Origin: Patescibacteria group bacterium
GTDB lineage: Bacteria; Patescibacteriota; UBA1384; UBA12157; JAENIV01
DNA length: 64,000 bases
Reading direction: 5' to 3'
Assembly (NCBI GenBank): GCA_041666185.1
Contig: JBAYHL010000001.1
Coordinates: 2,421 to 66,420, forward strand
The notes below the pieces were generated by a model. It made no database searches, was not told where the DNA came from, and saw only the letters and a program-made list of their open reading frames with translations. Positions 1 through 10,292 of the stretch are shown here, in pieces (positions within the stretch are counted from its first letter, which is position 1; every line of letters begins with the position of its first letter). The position numbers and the translations under genes are program-made.

Positions 1-18
1 TGGCATTTCGTTATTCAT
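1..18 (-). CDS. 5' end of a gene running off the window (MNNEMP...)
   Basis: ATG at 18-16 with an AAGGA Shine-Dalgarno-like motif upstream, just after the 46..858 ORF. Confidence 0.5.
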
Positions 19-45
19 AATAAGTCCTTTCTTAATTAAAATAAT

Positions 46-858
46 TTAATTTTGACCAATTTGTTCAGAATTTTGACTTCGTGCCATATTACATAAAGCC
101 GCTTTTTCAACTAAATCACCATGTTGGCGCAAAACAATGTCTGTCACTTTAGCTCGTGATTCTCCTTTCAAAGAAGAATAAATTTTTCCTTGAATTTTCT
201 TAAAATGCTCTGAAACTTCTAATTCTACTTCCCGGAACTTCGCCCATTGAGCATTAATAGGTTTTTTCTCGACTTCACCAAGACTATTTAATCGTTCAAC
301 TGTTACGTAACCTTCTTTGTTGTAACCGCTAGGAAATGTTTCTTGAGCAAAATCACCCATTTCTGCCTCTAGAGCAGTGATTAGTTTTTGATCTCCACAA
401 GCTCCACTAAGTTCTTTTTTGTAATTAGAAAGATCATCTTTAATAAATTTTTCTGTATCTTGTGGTAAATTAAGTTCTTGTCCAGAACGATAAATTAAAT
501 CACCCACCAAAGTATCCGCTTCTGGTAATCTTTCTTTATCTTCTATTATATAGCTACCCTCCGACTTCCTTATTACACCTGCTTGAAATTCACTTGCTAA
601 AACAAGCGGTGATGTCATCTTAACGCCATTTTCATAACTTAAATATTCTCGAGCACCTGCCTCAGCTTCTTGAACAGAACCACCTAGCATTGAAAGCATT
701 ATTGCCGAGGGTAAAAGAAATTTTCCTCCAGGCATTTTCTGCAAGTATTCAGCCAACCTACCCATTATTCCAAGTTTATTTTCTTCCTCTAATACCTTGT
801 CGGTTTGTTCTTGCCAATTAGATTCCTCTTCAGAAGGTCCTCCAAATTCTTTATTCAT
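46..858 (-). CDS. hypothetical protein with one hydrophobic/signal-like segment
   Basis: 270-aa ORF, AGGAG SD; no family recognised. Confidence 0.75.
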   Translation of the reverse strand: MNKEFGGPSEEESNWQEQTDKVLEEENKLGIMGRLAEYLQKMPGGKFLLPSAIMLSMLGGSVQEAEAGAREYLSYENGVKMTSPLVLASEFQAGVIRKSEGSYIIEDKERLPEADTLVGDLIYRSGQELNLPQDTEKFIKDDLSNYKKELSGACGDQKLITALEAEMGDFAQETFPSGYNKEGYVTVERLNSLGEVEKKPINAQWAKFREVELEVSEHFKKIQGKIYSSLKGESRAKVTDIVLRQHGDLVEKAALCNMARSQNSEQIGQN

Positions 859-973
859 AAATATCTCCTTATCTTTAATTTAATCGAAATAGATTCTGTT
901 TTCAACTAAGTGTTGACTTTTAGGTAATTTTAATCTAATATTTAGGCAACGACTATGCAAGGAGGACAGTATC

Positions 974-1219
974 TTGAAAACAATAGATAGAGAAACAGGT
1001 ACCCCAACCAACAGAGTAGAAGAGAAGGAGCTACCAATAACAGTAGCAGACGATTTCGACAAGGTTGTAGCGAACGCCGAAAAGGTGGCGGATGTCATCG
1101 ATAGACATCTGAACTTCGAGAGCAAACTTCAAGGCAGTGATTTGAATCCTGTTTCGCTTTGCCGAGAACAAAGAGTTGCTTTGACAACTGATTTGGACTC
1201 GGCAACACAACGGGGGTAA
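974..1219 (+). CDS. hypothetical protein
   Basis: GGAGG 8 nt before TTG; TTGACT-17-TAATAT promoter at 913-941. Confidence 0.55.
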   Translation: MKTIDRETGTPTNRVEEKELPITVADDFDKVVANAEKVADVIDRHLNFESKLQGSDLNPVSLCREQRVALTTDLDSATQRG

Positions 1220-1225
1220 CAAACC

Positions 1226-1609
1226 GTGAAGCTACTTTTTTCCAGAGACACAGAAGTTAGTCAAGATTGTGCCGACAAAACTATGTGCATTGTTCAACGA
1301 TACTTTAACCGGTTTGAAGTTGAGCAAGCTAGAGATTTACCAGAAGAAGCTAAAATCAGACTAGCCAGAGACATTAAAGCATATCTTGACGGCGCTATGA
1401 CTAACCCTCCTACCAAAAAAGAGTTGTCGGCTATCAAACGAAGTGACCGTCGCCGAAAAATGTCTGAACGACGCGGATACTGGGAAGACGTTGTTGACAA
1501 TGTCAAACAGGCTTGTAGAAATTTTTTTGAGGTAATCGCGGATATCCGCCGAGACATCACCTATCGTCTTTTACTTCGTCGACGTCGACGCCAACGGACG
1601 AAATTTTAA
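1226..1609 (+). CDS. hypothetical protein with Arg-rich C-terminus
   Basis: 127-aa ORF following 974..1219 and ending at a strong terminator. Confidence 0.6.
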   Translation: MKLLFSRDTEVSQDCADKTMCIVQRYFNRFEVEQARDLPEEAKIRLARDIKAYLDGAMTNPPTKKELSAIKRSDRRRKMSERRGYWEDVVDNVKQACRNFFEVIADIRRDITYRLLLRRRRRQRTKF

Positions 1610-1623
1610 TCGACCACCCGCCC

Positions 1624-1653
1624 AAACCGGAAGTAACCACTTCCGGTTTTTTT
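1624..1653. terminator. intrinsic terminator between convergent genes
   Basis: AAACCGGAAGT-aacc-ACTTCCGGTTT plus T tract. Confidence 0.8.
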
Positions 1654-1679
1654 AAAAATTTTTAGGAAGTTTATTTAAA

Positions 1680-2216
1680 TTAGTCAGAATCAGTATCAGT
1701 TGAAAGTCGCGATAAGAGCACTATCCCAGTAACAAATAAAAGAATTCCATATACCAAGAAATATATCCCAAGTAACCACAACACTATCAGTGAGGTAAGA
1801 AGTGGGTATATTATCACTAGCACACCAAGAACAATGGTTAAAATTGACCCCAGAACATAAAGCCACCTTGCACCTGAATGTAATTTTTTATCAGTAAATA
1901 CAACGAAAAGCTCGTTTAGACCTAAAACAAGTGCCCATAAGGCCATTAAACATACAAATGCAGTTATTGTAATACCGGGCCAAACAAAAACGAGAATACC
2001 AATTATTATTTCAAAAATACCCATCGGGATAAACGATAACCATTTTCCGTCTTTTCGAGCCCTTCCACCAATAATTATTGCCGAAGAACCATCAACAATA
2101 GCAAAAATCGGGAAAAAAGTTAATAAGATTACCAACGTTTGTTCAGGCCAAATTACCAAAATGATACCCAAAATAAGCGCTAACACGCCGCGTAAAATTA
2201 GTGCTGCCGGATTCAT
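1680..2216 (-). CDS. HdeD/DUF308 family membrane protein
   Basis: Repeated LRGVLALILG..WP / GIFEIIIG..WP / GSILTIVLG..YP helical hairpins. Confidence 0.85.
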   Translation of the reverse strand: MNPAALILRGVLALILGIILVIWPEQTLVILLTFFPIFAIVDGSSAIIIGGRARKDGKWLSFIPMGIFEIIIGILVFVWPGITITAFVCLMALWALVLGLNELFVVFTDKKLHSGARWLYVLGSILTIVLGVLVIIYPLLTSLIVLWLLGIYFLVYGILLFVTGIVLLSRLSTDTDSD

Positions 2217-2257
2217 TTTCCCTCCTTATGTAATTTTAACTTTTTAATTCAATCCTA

Positions 2258-3232
2258 TTATTTAACCCAAATCCTTAATGCATTCGACGGATTAAAACCT
2301 TCATATTCTGTTTGCACAATTTTACCCACAACCAAATCGGTTGGTTTAATACCATCAGTTATAATAGCACTGTCAGTTTTTTTAAAAGTAAGTGTTTTCT
2401 GAGACGAGGTTTCTAATATTATCACTTCCGACGGAGAAAAAGATACAACAGTTCCCAACGCTATAGCGGGTGTGTAACCAGTCTGTTTTTGATAGTCTGT
2501 TAAATTCTTCATATCGTAAGCATCTAAAGATAAAGGTTGTGCAGTATTGCTGCTAGCCGCAGAAGGACTACTTGTGGATGTTATGTCTTCGCCCGACCCC
2601 TTAAACCAATCATCTCTTTGTTTTTGAAGCTTTTCATTATCTTTTTTCGTTTCTATAGAATTATAAACAATAAAAAACACACCAACAGCTAAGAGAATAC
2701 AAATAATTATTTTAACAAGGGTTGAAAATTTATTCTTAATTGCTAAATATAAAAATATTAATAAATCAATAAAAATATTAGCAGTAAACAACAAATAAGC
2801 AAGCCCAGATGGAGATTCACATGTCCCTTCAATGCCGCAATAACTCATATGTCCAATTATCGCACTAATTGCAAGCTGGATGATAATTAAAGGTATAAAT
2901 TTTATAATGGTTATTGCTACCGAACTAGTCAATTTTTTATTAATCTTGCGTAAGATAAAAAATATTAAAAGTATGAACCCCACAGCGGTAATTAAAGGAA
3001 GTACTGATAATAAAAACACACTAATATTTTGATAATTTGTAGTTGAATTATTTATAAATATTTTATCAATAAATACACCTCTAATTATGTAATTAAAAAA
3101 TTGGGTACTAACAAAAACTCCAGCGAAAAAACTTATTATAATCATCCAACCAGTATTTAACTTGTCACTATTTTGTATTGTATTATTTTTTTGAGAACCA
3201 TTGTTTTCAGTCGTTGAGCGCGGTTGATTCAT
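2258..3232 (-). CDS. hypothetical multi-pass membrane protein with soluble C-terminal domain
   Basis: About 5 hydrophobic segments, then a Ser/Thr linker and a beta-rich tail. Confidence 0.75.
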   Translation of the reverse strand: MNQPRSTTENNGSQKNNTIQNSDKLNTGWMIIISFFAGVFVSTQFFNYIIRGVFIDKIFINNSTTNYQNISVFLLSVLPLITAVGFILLIFFILRKINKKLTSSVAITIIKFIPLIIIQLAISAIIGHMSYCGIEGTCESPSGLAYLLFTANIFIDLLIFLYLAIKNKFSTLVKIIICILLAVGVFFIVYNSIETKKDNEKLQKQRDDWFKGSGEDITSTSSPSAASSNTAQPLSLDAYDMKNLTDYQKQTGYTPAIALGTVVSFSPSEVIILETSSQKTLTFKKTDSAIITDGIKPTDLVVGKIVQTEYEGFNPSNALRIWVK

Positions 3233-3282
3233 TTTTACTCCTTTAAAATATATGACTTTTTAAATTATTTTTTTGGTTCCCC

Positions 3283-3861
3283 TTACTGAAATTTAAGAGT
3301 ATTTAATAAATGTTGATAAATTATATCCCCAGTTTTTTTAGACGGTGCGATTTCTTCCATTCCCTTAATGATATAAACATTACCATTAGCAAGAATGTAT
3401 GTTAATAAATCTCCTGTATGAGTATAAGCTGTTTTGCTACCAATCGTAATCTTGGTATATTTGGTTAAATCGCTATCGGCGTGAGAAACGCTTACATCTT
3501 TAATCCAATCTTCTATCGTTGATCGTGTGACGCCAACTTCTGTTTGGATGCTATATGTAATTTTATTAGCAGCAAATTGAACTAAATCTTGTGTCTTAGA
3601 ATCGCCTTCTCTTGTACTAGGGTATTTAATTGTCTCTTCTAGATCTTTTTCTAATCCTGTTACCGGATATTCAAAGCCATAATTGACTCTAGCATTTTTA
3701 TAAGTTTTCCATTCCGAGCTTTGACTTGCTGTTGGGCTAGTTATAGTTTTTGCCACTTCTTTGCTTCCTTTGGCGTTCCAGTAGGTAAATCCTCCGCCCA
3801 AGATCACGACAGTAGCAAGCACGACCCAAAGCCAAGTTCGAACTTTAAATTCCTTTGTCAT
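3283..3861 (-). CDS. membrane-anchored extracellular protein, possibly PsbP-like fold
   Basis: N-terminal TM followed by WKTYKN..YGFEYP; AGGAGG SD. Confidence 0.7.
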   Translation of the reverse strand: MTKEFKVRTWLWVVLATVVILGGGFTYWNAKGSKEVAKTITSPTASQSSEWKTYKNARVNYGFEYPVTGLEKDLEETIKYPSTREGDSKTQDLVQFAANKITYSIQTEVGVTRSTIEDWIKDVSVSHADSDLTKYTKITIGSKTAYTHTGDLLTYILANGNVYIIKGMEEIAPSKKTGDIIYQHLLNTLKFQ

Positions 3862-4084
3862 AATTTCTCCTCCTGAATAAATAATAATATACCGTTTACA
3901 AGACCGCTATCTAATTTAGAGTATACTACTTTTAACTTAAGAAAACAGCTTTTTACTGGTTTGAAGGCAATTTGGCTGATTTTCCATAAATAAGCTTTGA
4001 CTTCCCGTCGCGATACCATTTTCCTTAATCGAAAAACAAAAAAAAGACGGCCTACCATTTTGCCGCTATATAAATATTTATCTT

Positions 4085-4369
4085 TTAAGATGAGAGAAGA
4101 TAAATATATGAAAGTATGATAAGAAAATTACCAATAAAACCAAAAGTAATATTGGATGGACTAAAATTCTTTTTAATTGCGTTATACGAAAAGATCGATA
4201 AGGACAACATAAGACAGAAAGGAGAAATAATCATCATTAAACCTGAAATTACCATTAAGCCACTGCCATGCTCATTACTTGGAAGATTCGTTTTCATTAA
4301 TAGGAGAACAATAATAGTTAATAAATTTATAATAAGGAATAACCATCCTAAACTAATTTTTTTATTCAT
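4085..4369 (-). CDS. small hypothetical membrane protein (3 TM)
   Basis: GGAGG SD and hydrophobic segments. Confidence 0.7.
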   Translation of the reverse strand: MNKKISLGWLFLIINLLTIIVLLLMKTNLPSNEHGSGLMVISGLMMIISPFCLMLSLSIFSYNAIKKNFSPSNITFGFIGNFLIILSYIYLLSS

Positions 4370-4428
4370 AATTTCCCTCCATTAAAATTTAAATAAAAGC
4401 AAATATAAAAATAATAAAATGTTGGATT

Positions 4429-4499
4429 CTCCCGGGCAGGGATTCGAACCCCGACTACCAGGACCAAAACCTGGCGTCCTACCATTAGACGACCCGGGA
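4429..4499 (-). tRNA. tRNA-Gln(TTG), CCA not encoded
   Basis: TCCCGGG/CCCGGGA acceptor stem, CCAGG-TTTTGGT-CCTGG anticodon arm, TTCGAAT T loop. Confidence 0.95.
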
Positions 4500-4550
4500 A
4501 TACATTTAGATAGTATCATTTTTCCCTTAATTTTTCAAGAATTCGCATAT

Positions 4551-4583
4551 TAAAACAGCCCGTAAAATTTCAGGGCTGTTTTA
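4551..4583. terminator. intrinsic terminator
   Basis: TAAAACAGCCC...GGGCTGTTTTA hairpin downstream of 4607..5080. Confidence 0.75.
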
Positions 4584-4606
4584 ACGGCTGCTAAATTTGA
4601 AAGTTT

Positions 4607-5080
4607 TTACATTTCAGGGCCACCAGGACCACCATGTCCACGACCACCACCTAGACCATAATCGCGCAATTTGCTCATATCAATACCATTTTCGCTCTCC
4701 CAAGTTTGCATTTCCTGTTGCTGCTTCTCACGCTTCTTCTGCATTTCTGTTTGTTTGTCCAAAATCTTTTGCTTTTGGTCAGCGGTAATGACACCGTCCG
4801 TCACCGCTTGATCCAATTTTTTGCTCATTTCTTCCTGTTTCTGAGCTTGTTTTTCCTGATTAATTTGACTAAATGCATCCGAGACCTTGCTTTCATCTAT
4901 ATTTAATTTAGAAGCAAGTTCGGAAGTCATTGACTGACGATTACCATTACCTTCAGCTTTAACGACACCAGTTGACCATAAGGTTGCTCCAGTTGCCGCA
5001 ATACCCAATGCAATCGCCGGAATCAAAATCTTTTTATTTAACAATTTTCTCACCTCCTCTCTGAAATTTACTTCGACCAA
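4607..5080 (-). CDS. secreted helical protein with Gly-rich tail (true start probably a later TTG after GGAGGTG)
   Basis: Signal peptide, LASKLNIDESKV and LDQAVTDGVIT motifs; next to the two-component system. Confidence 0.75.
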   Translation of the reverse strand: MVEVNFREEVRKLLNKKILIPAIALGIAATGATLWSTGVVKAEGNGNRQSMTSELASKLNIDESKVSDAFSQINQEKQAQKQEEMSKKLDQAVTDGVITADQKQKILDKQTEMQKKREKQQQEMQTWESENGIDMSKLRDYGLGGGRGHGGPGGPEM

Positions 5081-5100
5081 ATCTATCGTACTAATTAAGA

Positions 5101-5119
5101 CTTAAAATTAGCTTAGAAA
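5101..5119 (-). promoter_or_regulatory. candidate OmpR-family tandem binding site
   Basis: TTTCTAAG-n3-ATTTTAAG, 10 nt before TACGAT. Confidence 0.5.
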
Positions 5120-6102
5120 GGCAAGACCACCACAAATTCACTCCCTTTGCCAGGTTTACTAGTGGCCGAGATCACACCACTATGTAATTCAACAATTTGT
5201 TTAGCGATTGAAAGTCCTAGTCCATAGCCATCGACCTTTTCTTTTGAACGTGAACTATCAGCACGATAAAATCTATTAAAAATATATGGCAAATCGGAAG
5301 CTTTAATACCCATACCAGTATCTTTAATTTTTATTATGACGTGTTTTTTATCTTTTTTCATTGAAATAGAAATTTTATCTCCCTTAGAACTATATTTAAT
5401 AGCGTTATCAAACAAAATAACGAATAATTCAATCAAACTCTGCTGATCGCCATTAACCAAAATATGCAAAAGATTATTCTCAAAATCAACCTCTTTTTTT
5501 TGAGCTAGTTTTTCAATTTTTTCAAAGGCCTCAATAATTATTTGATCAAGTTCAACTTTTTGAAAACTTTTTCTCAAATCTTCCTGCACCTGAGCCAATT
5601 TCAACAATGCTCCAGAAAGAGCTTCCAACTTACTAATTTCTTCCAGATTACTAAGCAAAAGTTTTTTAGCCGATAAAAGACCCAATTTTTTATCTCTTAT
5701 GGCAACTTCAATCTCGCTCCGCATGGCTGCTAATGGTGTTCGAAGTTCATGGGAAGCATCAGCGGTAAATCGATTTTGCAACTCCATTGCCTCCTCAATT
5801 GGCCGCAAGGTTCTTTTAGCTAAAAAGTAGCTTACCGAGGCTGACAAAACAAAGATTATAAGATTAAAATAAATTAAATTTATTTGTAAGAGTTCATTGC
5901 TTTCGGTAATCTGTTTCTTCCTTAATTCTTCAATTTCGCGCATAGGTCCAGAATTTTTAAATAGATTTGATTGCTTATCAAATCCCCGACCAATCTCTTT
6001 AGTCGATATTTGATAAATAGTAAAACTAAAAATTACGCTAATTGTCATAACAATTAGAACGTAAAAAAGTGTTAATTTTAAATAAGCTAATTTAAAAGTC
6101 AT
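5113..6102 (-). CDS. sensor histidine kinase (HisKA + HATPase)
   Basis: [12 protein letters not shown] box; DNAIKYS, DTGMG and GYGLGL boxes; 2 TM. Confidence 0.95.
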   Translation of the reverse strand: MTFKLAYLKLTLFYVLIVMTISVIFSFTIYQISTKEIGRGFDKQSNLFKNSGPMREIEELRKKQITESNELLQINLIYFNLIIFVLSASVSYFLAKRTLRPIEEAMELQNRFTADASHELRTPLAAMRSEIEVAIRDKKLGLLSAKKLLLSNLEEISKLEALSGALLKLAQVQEDLRKSFQKVELDQIIIEAFEKIEKLAQKKEVDFENNLLHILVNGDQQSLIELFVILFDNAIKYSSKGDKISISMKKDKKHVIIKIKDTGMGIKASDLPYIFNRFYRADSSRSKEKVDGYGLGLSIAKQIVELHSGVISATSKPGKGSEFVVVLPF

Positions 6103-6779
6103 TTTTCCACCACCATTCTATAACCAAATCCACGAACAGTTTCAATTAATGGTTTTTTATTAGGAAAAATTTTATCAATTTTTTGTCTTAAATAACCAAT
6201 ATAAACTTCAACTGTGTTGGGTAAAATATCGGCATCGTAATCCCAAACATGAGAAATAATATTATCTTTAGTCAAAATTCGTCCCGGATTTCTCATTAAA
6301 TACTCTAACAAAGCAAATTCTTTATTAGATAAAATAATTTTTTCGAGCCCTCTTTTAACTTCAAAAGTTTCAGGATTTAAACTAAGATCACTAATTTTTA
6401 AAACTTTTGATAATGTTTTTACTGGACGACGAAGTAAAGCTCTTACTCTAGCTAATAATTCTTCAAAAGCAAATGGTTTAACTAAATAATCATCGGCACC
6501 GGCATTTAGCCCTTCAACTTTATCTGAAATTTTATCTTTAGCAGTCAAAATCAAAATAGGAACGTGTTTGCCTTCTTTTCTTAAACCAGAACAAATTTTT
6601 AGACCATCAATCTCCGGCAACATTCGATCGATAATAATTAGATCGTAATTTTCCGTTAAAGCAAAGCCTAGGCCATCTTTACCATTATAAGAAACATCGC
6701 AAGCAAAAGACTCCTGTTCAAGGCCTTTTTTGACCGCTCCGGCAATTTTGTGGTCGTCTTCAATAATTAAAATTCTCAT
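6099..6779 (-). CDS. OmpR/PhoB-family response regulator
   Basis: Receiver domain (IEDD, DRMLP, KPF) and winged helix (ETVRGFGY). Confidence 0.95.
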   Translation of the reverse strand: MRILIIEDDHKIAGAVKKGLEQESFACDVSYNGKDGLGFALTENYDLIIIDRMLPEIDGLKICSGLRKEGKHVPILILTAKDKISDKVEGLNAGADDYLVKPFAFEELLARVRALLRRPVKTLSKVLKISDLSLNPETFEVKRGLEKIILSNKEFALLEYLMRNPGRILTKDNIISHVWDYDADILPNTVEVYIGYLRQKIDKIFPNKKPLIETVRGFGYRMVVEK

Positions 6780-6804
6780 TATGAGTATTTTATACCTAAA
6801 TTAC

Positions 6805-6823
6805 CTGAGAATCAACTGAGAAT
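6805..6823 (-). promoter_or_regulatory. candidate autoregulatory response-regulator site
   Basis: Perfect ATTCTCAG-n3-ATTCTCAG direct repeat (11-bp period) upstream of the regulator. Confidence 0.65.
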
Positions 6824-6837
6824 GGGTACAAAAAAAA

Positions 6838-7185
6838 CCTTAAGCAATCGATAAGCCAGGTTTTGTTTTGACAGCATCTATCTAAGCGTCGGAACTCCTT
6901 GGACGTCAGGTCGAGTAAACCTTTGATGATGAATGGAGCCCATCCGACTTGCACTATGCAGGGTTTGCCCCGCGCTATGTCGCCATAGGCACGCGTGCGC
7001 TCTTACCGCACGATTTCAACCTTACCCTTCGACTCCACGCTTGCGCGTTTCGCTCAGGGCGGTATGTTTCTGTTGCACTTTCCCTAGGGTCACCCCCGGT
7101 CGTATTTAAACGACTACAACACTCTATAGTGCCTGGACTTTCCTCCCCGATTTAACATCGGGGTAACTGCCTCGATTACTTAAGG
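6838..7185 (-). ncRNA. rnpB: RNase P RNA (type A-like)
   Basis: GAGGAAAGTCC, GAAAGTGCAACAGAAA, GGTAAGAGCGCAC and ACAAAACCTGGCTTA conserved blocks; complementary ends form P1. Confidence 0.95.
7025..7059. repeat. REP-like palindromic element within rnpB P12
   Basis: CCCTGAGCGA...GAGTCGAAGGG on the minus strand; arms shared with 12217..12246. Confidence 0.6.
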
Positions 7186-7227
7186 CAACCTAATTATACC
7201 TTAAAACTACAAAAAAGTCAATGTGTT

Positions 7228-7899
7228 TTACTTATATAAAGTTAATGGATCAATCCAGCCAGAAAGTTCTGACTCATTTTGAACATAACCTTTTAGATCA
7301 ACTCTATTGTCTGATAAAATAGCAAAATGGAGATGTCTTCTTTCATTATCGGTTTCCGAGCTGTAACCTGTCCCCAAAACAGCAATTTGCTCTCCTTTTT
7401 TAAAACTTTGACCAACTTGAGGTAAACTTTCTGGTCGAAGATGACCATAAAGAGCCGTGTGATCTACGCCATCTAGCTTAAAATCAATTATTAATACTCC
7501 ACCATATCCTGAAGCCGTTCTCGACAAAACAATTGCCCCATCAGCTAAAGCATAAACTGGCACATCGGTGTCAACATCTTGGTATTCAACATCGACACCG
7601 GTGTGAAATCCCGTAAATCGTTCCGGTGAAACAGGAGAATTTTCAGGAGTTATATAAATCCCAAATGGTTTTTTAGTAATCCTTTGCTTAAATTGAGCAA
7701 TTGGTTCAGCGAAAGCTTGGGTAGTAATTGTAGTTGGAGCAGCTATTGGTGAAGAGTTCGTAGGTGTAATAGTTGGTGTATTTTGAATAATATTACTTTT
7801 ATTATTTTTAATTTGACGATTTATAAAATAGGCCGAAACAATTAAAACAATTATTAAAATTGCTAGAAAAACAATCCAAACTTTATTTTTGTTTGTCAT
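7228..7899 (-). CDS. M23 family metallopeptidase, membrane anchored
   Basis: HTGVD, YGHL and HLHF motifs; N-terminal TM and Pro/Thr linker. Confidence 0.9.
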   Translation of the reverse strand: MTNKNKVWIVFLAILIIVLIVSAYFINRQIKNNKSNIIQNTPTITPTNSSPIAAPTTITTQAFAEPIAQFKQRITKKPFGIYITPENSPVSPERFTGFHTGVDVEYQDVDTDVPVYALADGAIVLSRTASGYGGVLIIDFKLDGVDHTALYGHLRPESLPQVGQSFKKGEQIAVLGTGYSSETDNERRHLHFAILSDNRVDLKGYVQNESELSGWIDPLTLYK

Positions 7900-7946
7900 A
7901 CTTTAATTTTACCCGACAAACCATTTCAAAACAAAGTTTTATCTAC

Positions 7947-8348
7947 TTATTGGCTAGGTCGGATTTGAACATTTTTAGCAGCAATTGAACCATCTGAATT
8001 TGAAGTACCATCAGCACTAATATTTTGGCCTACGGCTAAATCTGAAGGTGTTCCTTTGTCTGATTTAGCAATCGTTGTTGAATCAGAAAGATAGATAACT
8101 TTTGTACTACCATCTTGAGTTTTAATTGTCATACTTTCATCATCTTTTGAAATAATGCTCCCGGAAATAAAATTACCACCATTTTTATTGTTACCATTAC
8201 CTCCGCGAGCATCTATACCTCCAGGAGGCATCTGACCATTAAATCCCTTCTTTAAATGCGCTTGCTGATACCTCATTCCCCCATAAAAAGATCCACCGGA
8301 AGCGACAATTATTGCTACAATAGCAATAATCAAAAAGTTTTTTTTCAT
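7947..8348 (-). CDS. membrane-anchored OB-fold-like accessory protein (DUF5666-like) of the ABC operon
   Basis: GGSFYGGMRY after the TM; GSIISKD..DGS..LAVG..G..DGSIAA pattern. Confidence 0.7.
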   Translation of the reverse strand: MKKNFLIIAIVAIIVASGGSFYGGMRYQQAHLKKGFNGQMPPGGIDARGGNGNNKNGGNFISGSIISKDDESMTIKTQDGSTKVIYLSDSTTIAKSDKGTPSDLAVGQNISADGTSNSDGSIAAKNVQIRPSQ

Positions 8349-8370
8349 GTTCTTGTCCTTTCTAATTAAT

Positions 8371-9588
8371 TTATTCATATCTTAACGCTTCAATTGGATT
8401 AAGGCTGGCTGCCCGACGAGCTGGGTAATAGCCAAAAATAATTCCTACTGCAGCCGACACACCAAAAGCCAACAAAATAGAATATAACGTCACCTGACCA
8501 GTTATGCCAACTACTTTACTAAGAATTAATGATGCCAGCCAACCTAAAATAATTCCGAAAATACCACCTAAAAATGTTAACATAATCGCTTCAAATAGAA
8601 ATTGAGTAATAATATTTTTCTTTTTTGCACCAATAGCCTTTCTTAGACCAATCTCTCGAGTTCTTTCCGTAACAGTTATTAACATCATATTCATAATCCC
8701 TATTCCTCCAACTAAAAGAGAGATTCCAGCAATTCCCGCGAGCAAAGTTGTGAGGGTACTTGTAATACTAGAAGCAGCCGAAACTATATCATTTTGATTT
8801 ATAATGCTAAAATCTGCTGACAAAGAATCGGAAATTTTATGCCTTGTTAAAAGTAAATTATTAACCTGAGTTTGAACTGATACCATCGAATCCTCATCTT
8901 GTGCAGCAACATTAATACTGGAAAGATACTTATTTCCAGAAAGATAACGCTGAGCAGTCGTAATTGGAATGTAAATCGCATCATCAGGACTATTAAACCC
9001 TGACCCACCTTTTGCCTTTGTTATCCCAACCACTTTAAAGTTCACTCCATTAATACGAATCGTTTTGCCAATAGCGTCGGCATTTTCACCGAATAAGTCA
9101 TCTCTTGTTGTCGGACCAAGAATAGCTATTTTAGAAGTACTTTTAACTTGTTGTTCTGTGACAAAACTACCACTATCAATACTAATCGATCTAACAATTG
9201 AATAATCTGGCTCCGTTCCAACTACACTCGTGTTGGTATTTTTATCACCAGCGGTAACTTGATAACGCTTTGAGACATCGGCAGCAACACCTTTTATATT
9301 AGTAACTTCATCTTTAATAGCGTCGGCATCTGCTTGAACTAATGTTTGGGCGCTGCCTCTACCCGAACTAACACCTGAACTACGTTGAGCTCCCGGCTGA
9401 ACTAATATTAAATTTGAACCAATCGACTGAATGCTTTCTTGAATTGAATTTTTCGCTCCTTGACCAAGAGAAATCAAAGCAATAACCGAAGCAATGCCGA
9501 TAACAATACCTAAAATTGTAAGAAATGATCGAGCCTTATTACCAGAAATTGACCAGAAAATTTCTTTAGTTAAATCTTTTATACTCAT
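8371..9588 (-). CDS. MacB/FtsX-family ABC permease
   Basis: RSFLTILGIVIGI, VGGIGIMN, ERTREIGLRKAIGA and PIEALRYE motifs. Confidence 0.95.
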   Translation of the reverse strand: MSIKDLTKEIFWSISGNKARSFLTILGIVIGIASVIALISLGQGAKNSIQESIQSIGSNLILVQPGAQRSSGVSSGRGSAQTLVQADADAIKDEVTNIKGVAADVSKRYQVTAGDKNTNTSVVGTEPDYSIVRSISIDSGSFVTEQQVKSTSKIAILGPTTRDDLFGENADAIGKTIRINGVNFKVVGITKAKGGSGFNSPDDAIYIPITTAQRYLSGNKYLSSINVAAQDEDSMVSVQTQVNNLLLTRHKISDSLSADFSIINQNDIVSAASSITSTLTTLLAGIAGISLLVGGIGIMNMMLITVTERTREIGLRKAIGAKKKNIITQFLFEAIMLTFLGGIFGIILGWLASLILSKVVGITGQVTLYSILLAFGVSAAVGIIFGYYPARRAASLNPIEALRYE

Positions 9589-10262
9589 CGAACAGTGTCC
9601 TTTTCAATTTGACCATCACGAATAGAAATAATGCGCTTGGCGTTTTGAGCAATATCATGTTCGTGAGTAATTAAAACAATTGTACGACCCTTTCTATTAA
9701 GTTGCTTAAAAGTATCCATAACAATTTGACTGGTTTTAGTATCAAGATTGCCGGTTGGTTCATCGGCTAAAATTAGGGTTGGGTTATTTACCATTGCTCG
9801 GGCAATTGCCACTCGTTGCATTTGACCGCCTGAAAGCTGATTGGAATATTTATTAAAATGAACCTCATCAAGACCAACATCTTTAAGAGCTTGTCTAGCT
9901 AGGTTCTCGCGTTTCTCGGCTGTGATATTGCTATAAATTAAAGGAAGACAGACATTACGCAGTACTGTTGCGCGAGGCAATAAATTAAATGCCTGAAAAA
10001 CAAAACCTATTTTTGTTCGACGTAAATCAGCAAGCTGGTCATCATCTAATTTTGAGACGTCTTTACCATCAAGAAAATATTTTCCATTTGTCGGCGTATC
10101 AAGTGCTCCCAAAATATGCATTAAAGTTGATTTACCAGACCCAGAAGGACCAACAATAGCCGTAAATTCACCATCGCTAATTTTTAAAGACACATTATCT
10201 AAAACTGTCGTTGACATATCACCTGTTTGGTAAATTTTTGTAATTCCTTGGCATTCAATCAT
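9585..10262 (-). CDS. ABC ATP-binding protein (MacB/LolD type)
   Basis: [14 protein letters not shown] and DEPTGNLD motifs. Confidence 0.95.
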   Translation of the reverse strand: MIECQGITKIYQTGDMSTTVLDNVSLKISDGEFTAIVGPSGSGKSTLMHILGALDTPTNGKYFLDGKDVSKLDDDQLADLRRTKIGFVFQAFNLLPRATVLRNVCLPLIYSNITAEKRENLARQALKDVGLDEVHFNKYSNQLSGGQMQRVAIARAMVNNPTLILADEPTGNLDTKTSQIVMDTFKQLNRKGRTIVLITHEHDIAQNAKRIISIRDGQIEKDTVR

Positions 10263-10292
10263 GTTATTTCTTTTCTAAATATTTACATAGTA

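Noticed and set aside
6949-7155. 68-aa ORF on the plus strand
   Set aside because: Lies antisense within RNase P RNA; no coding signals
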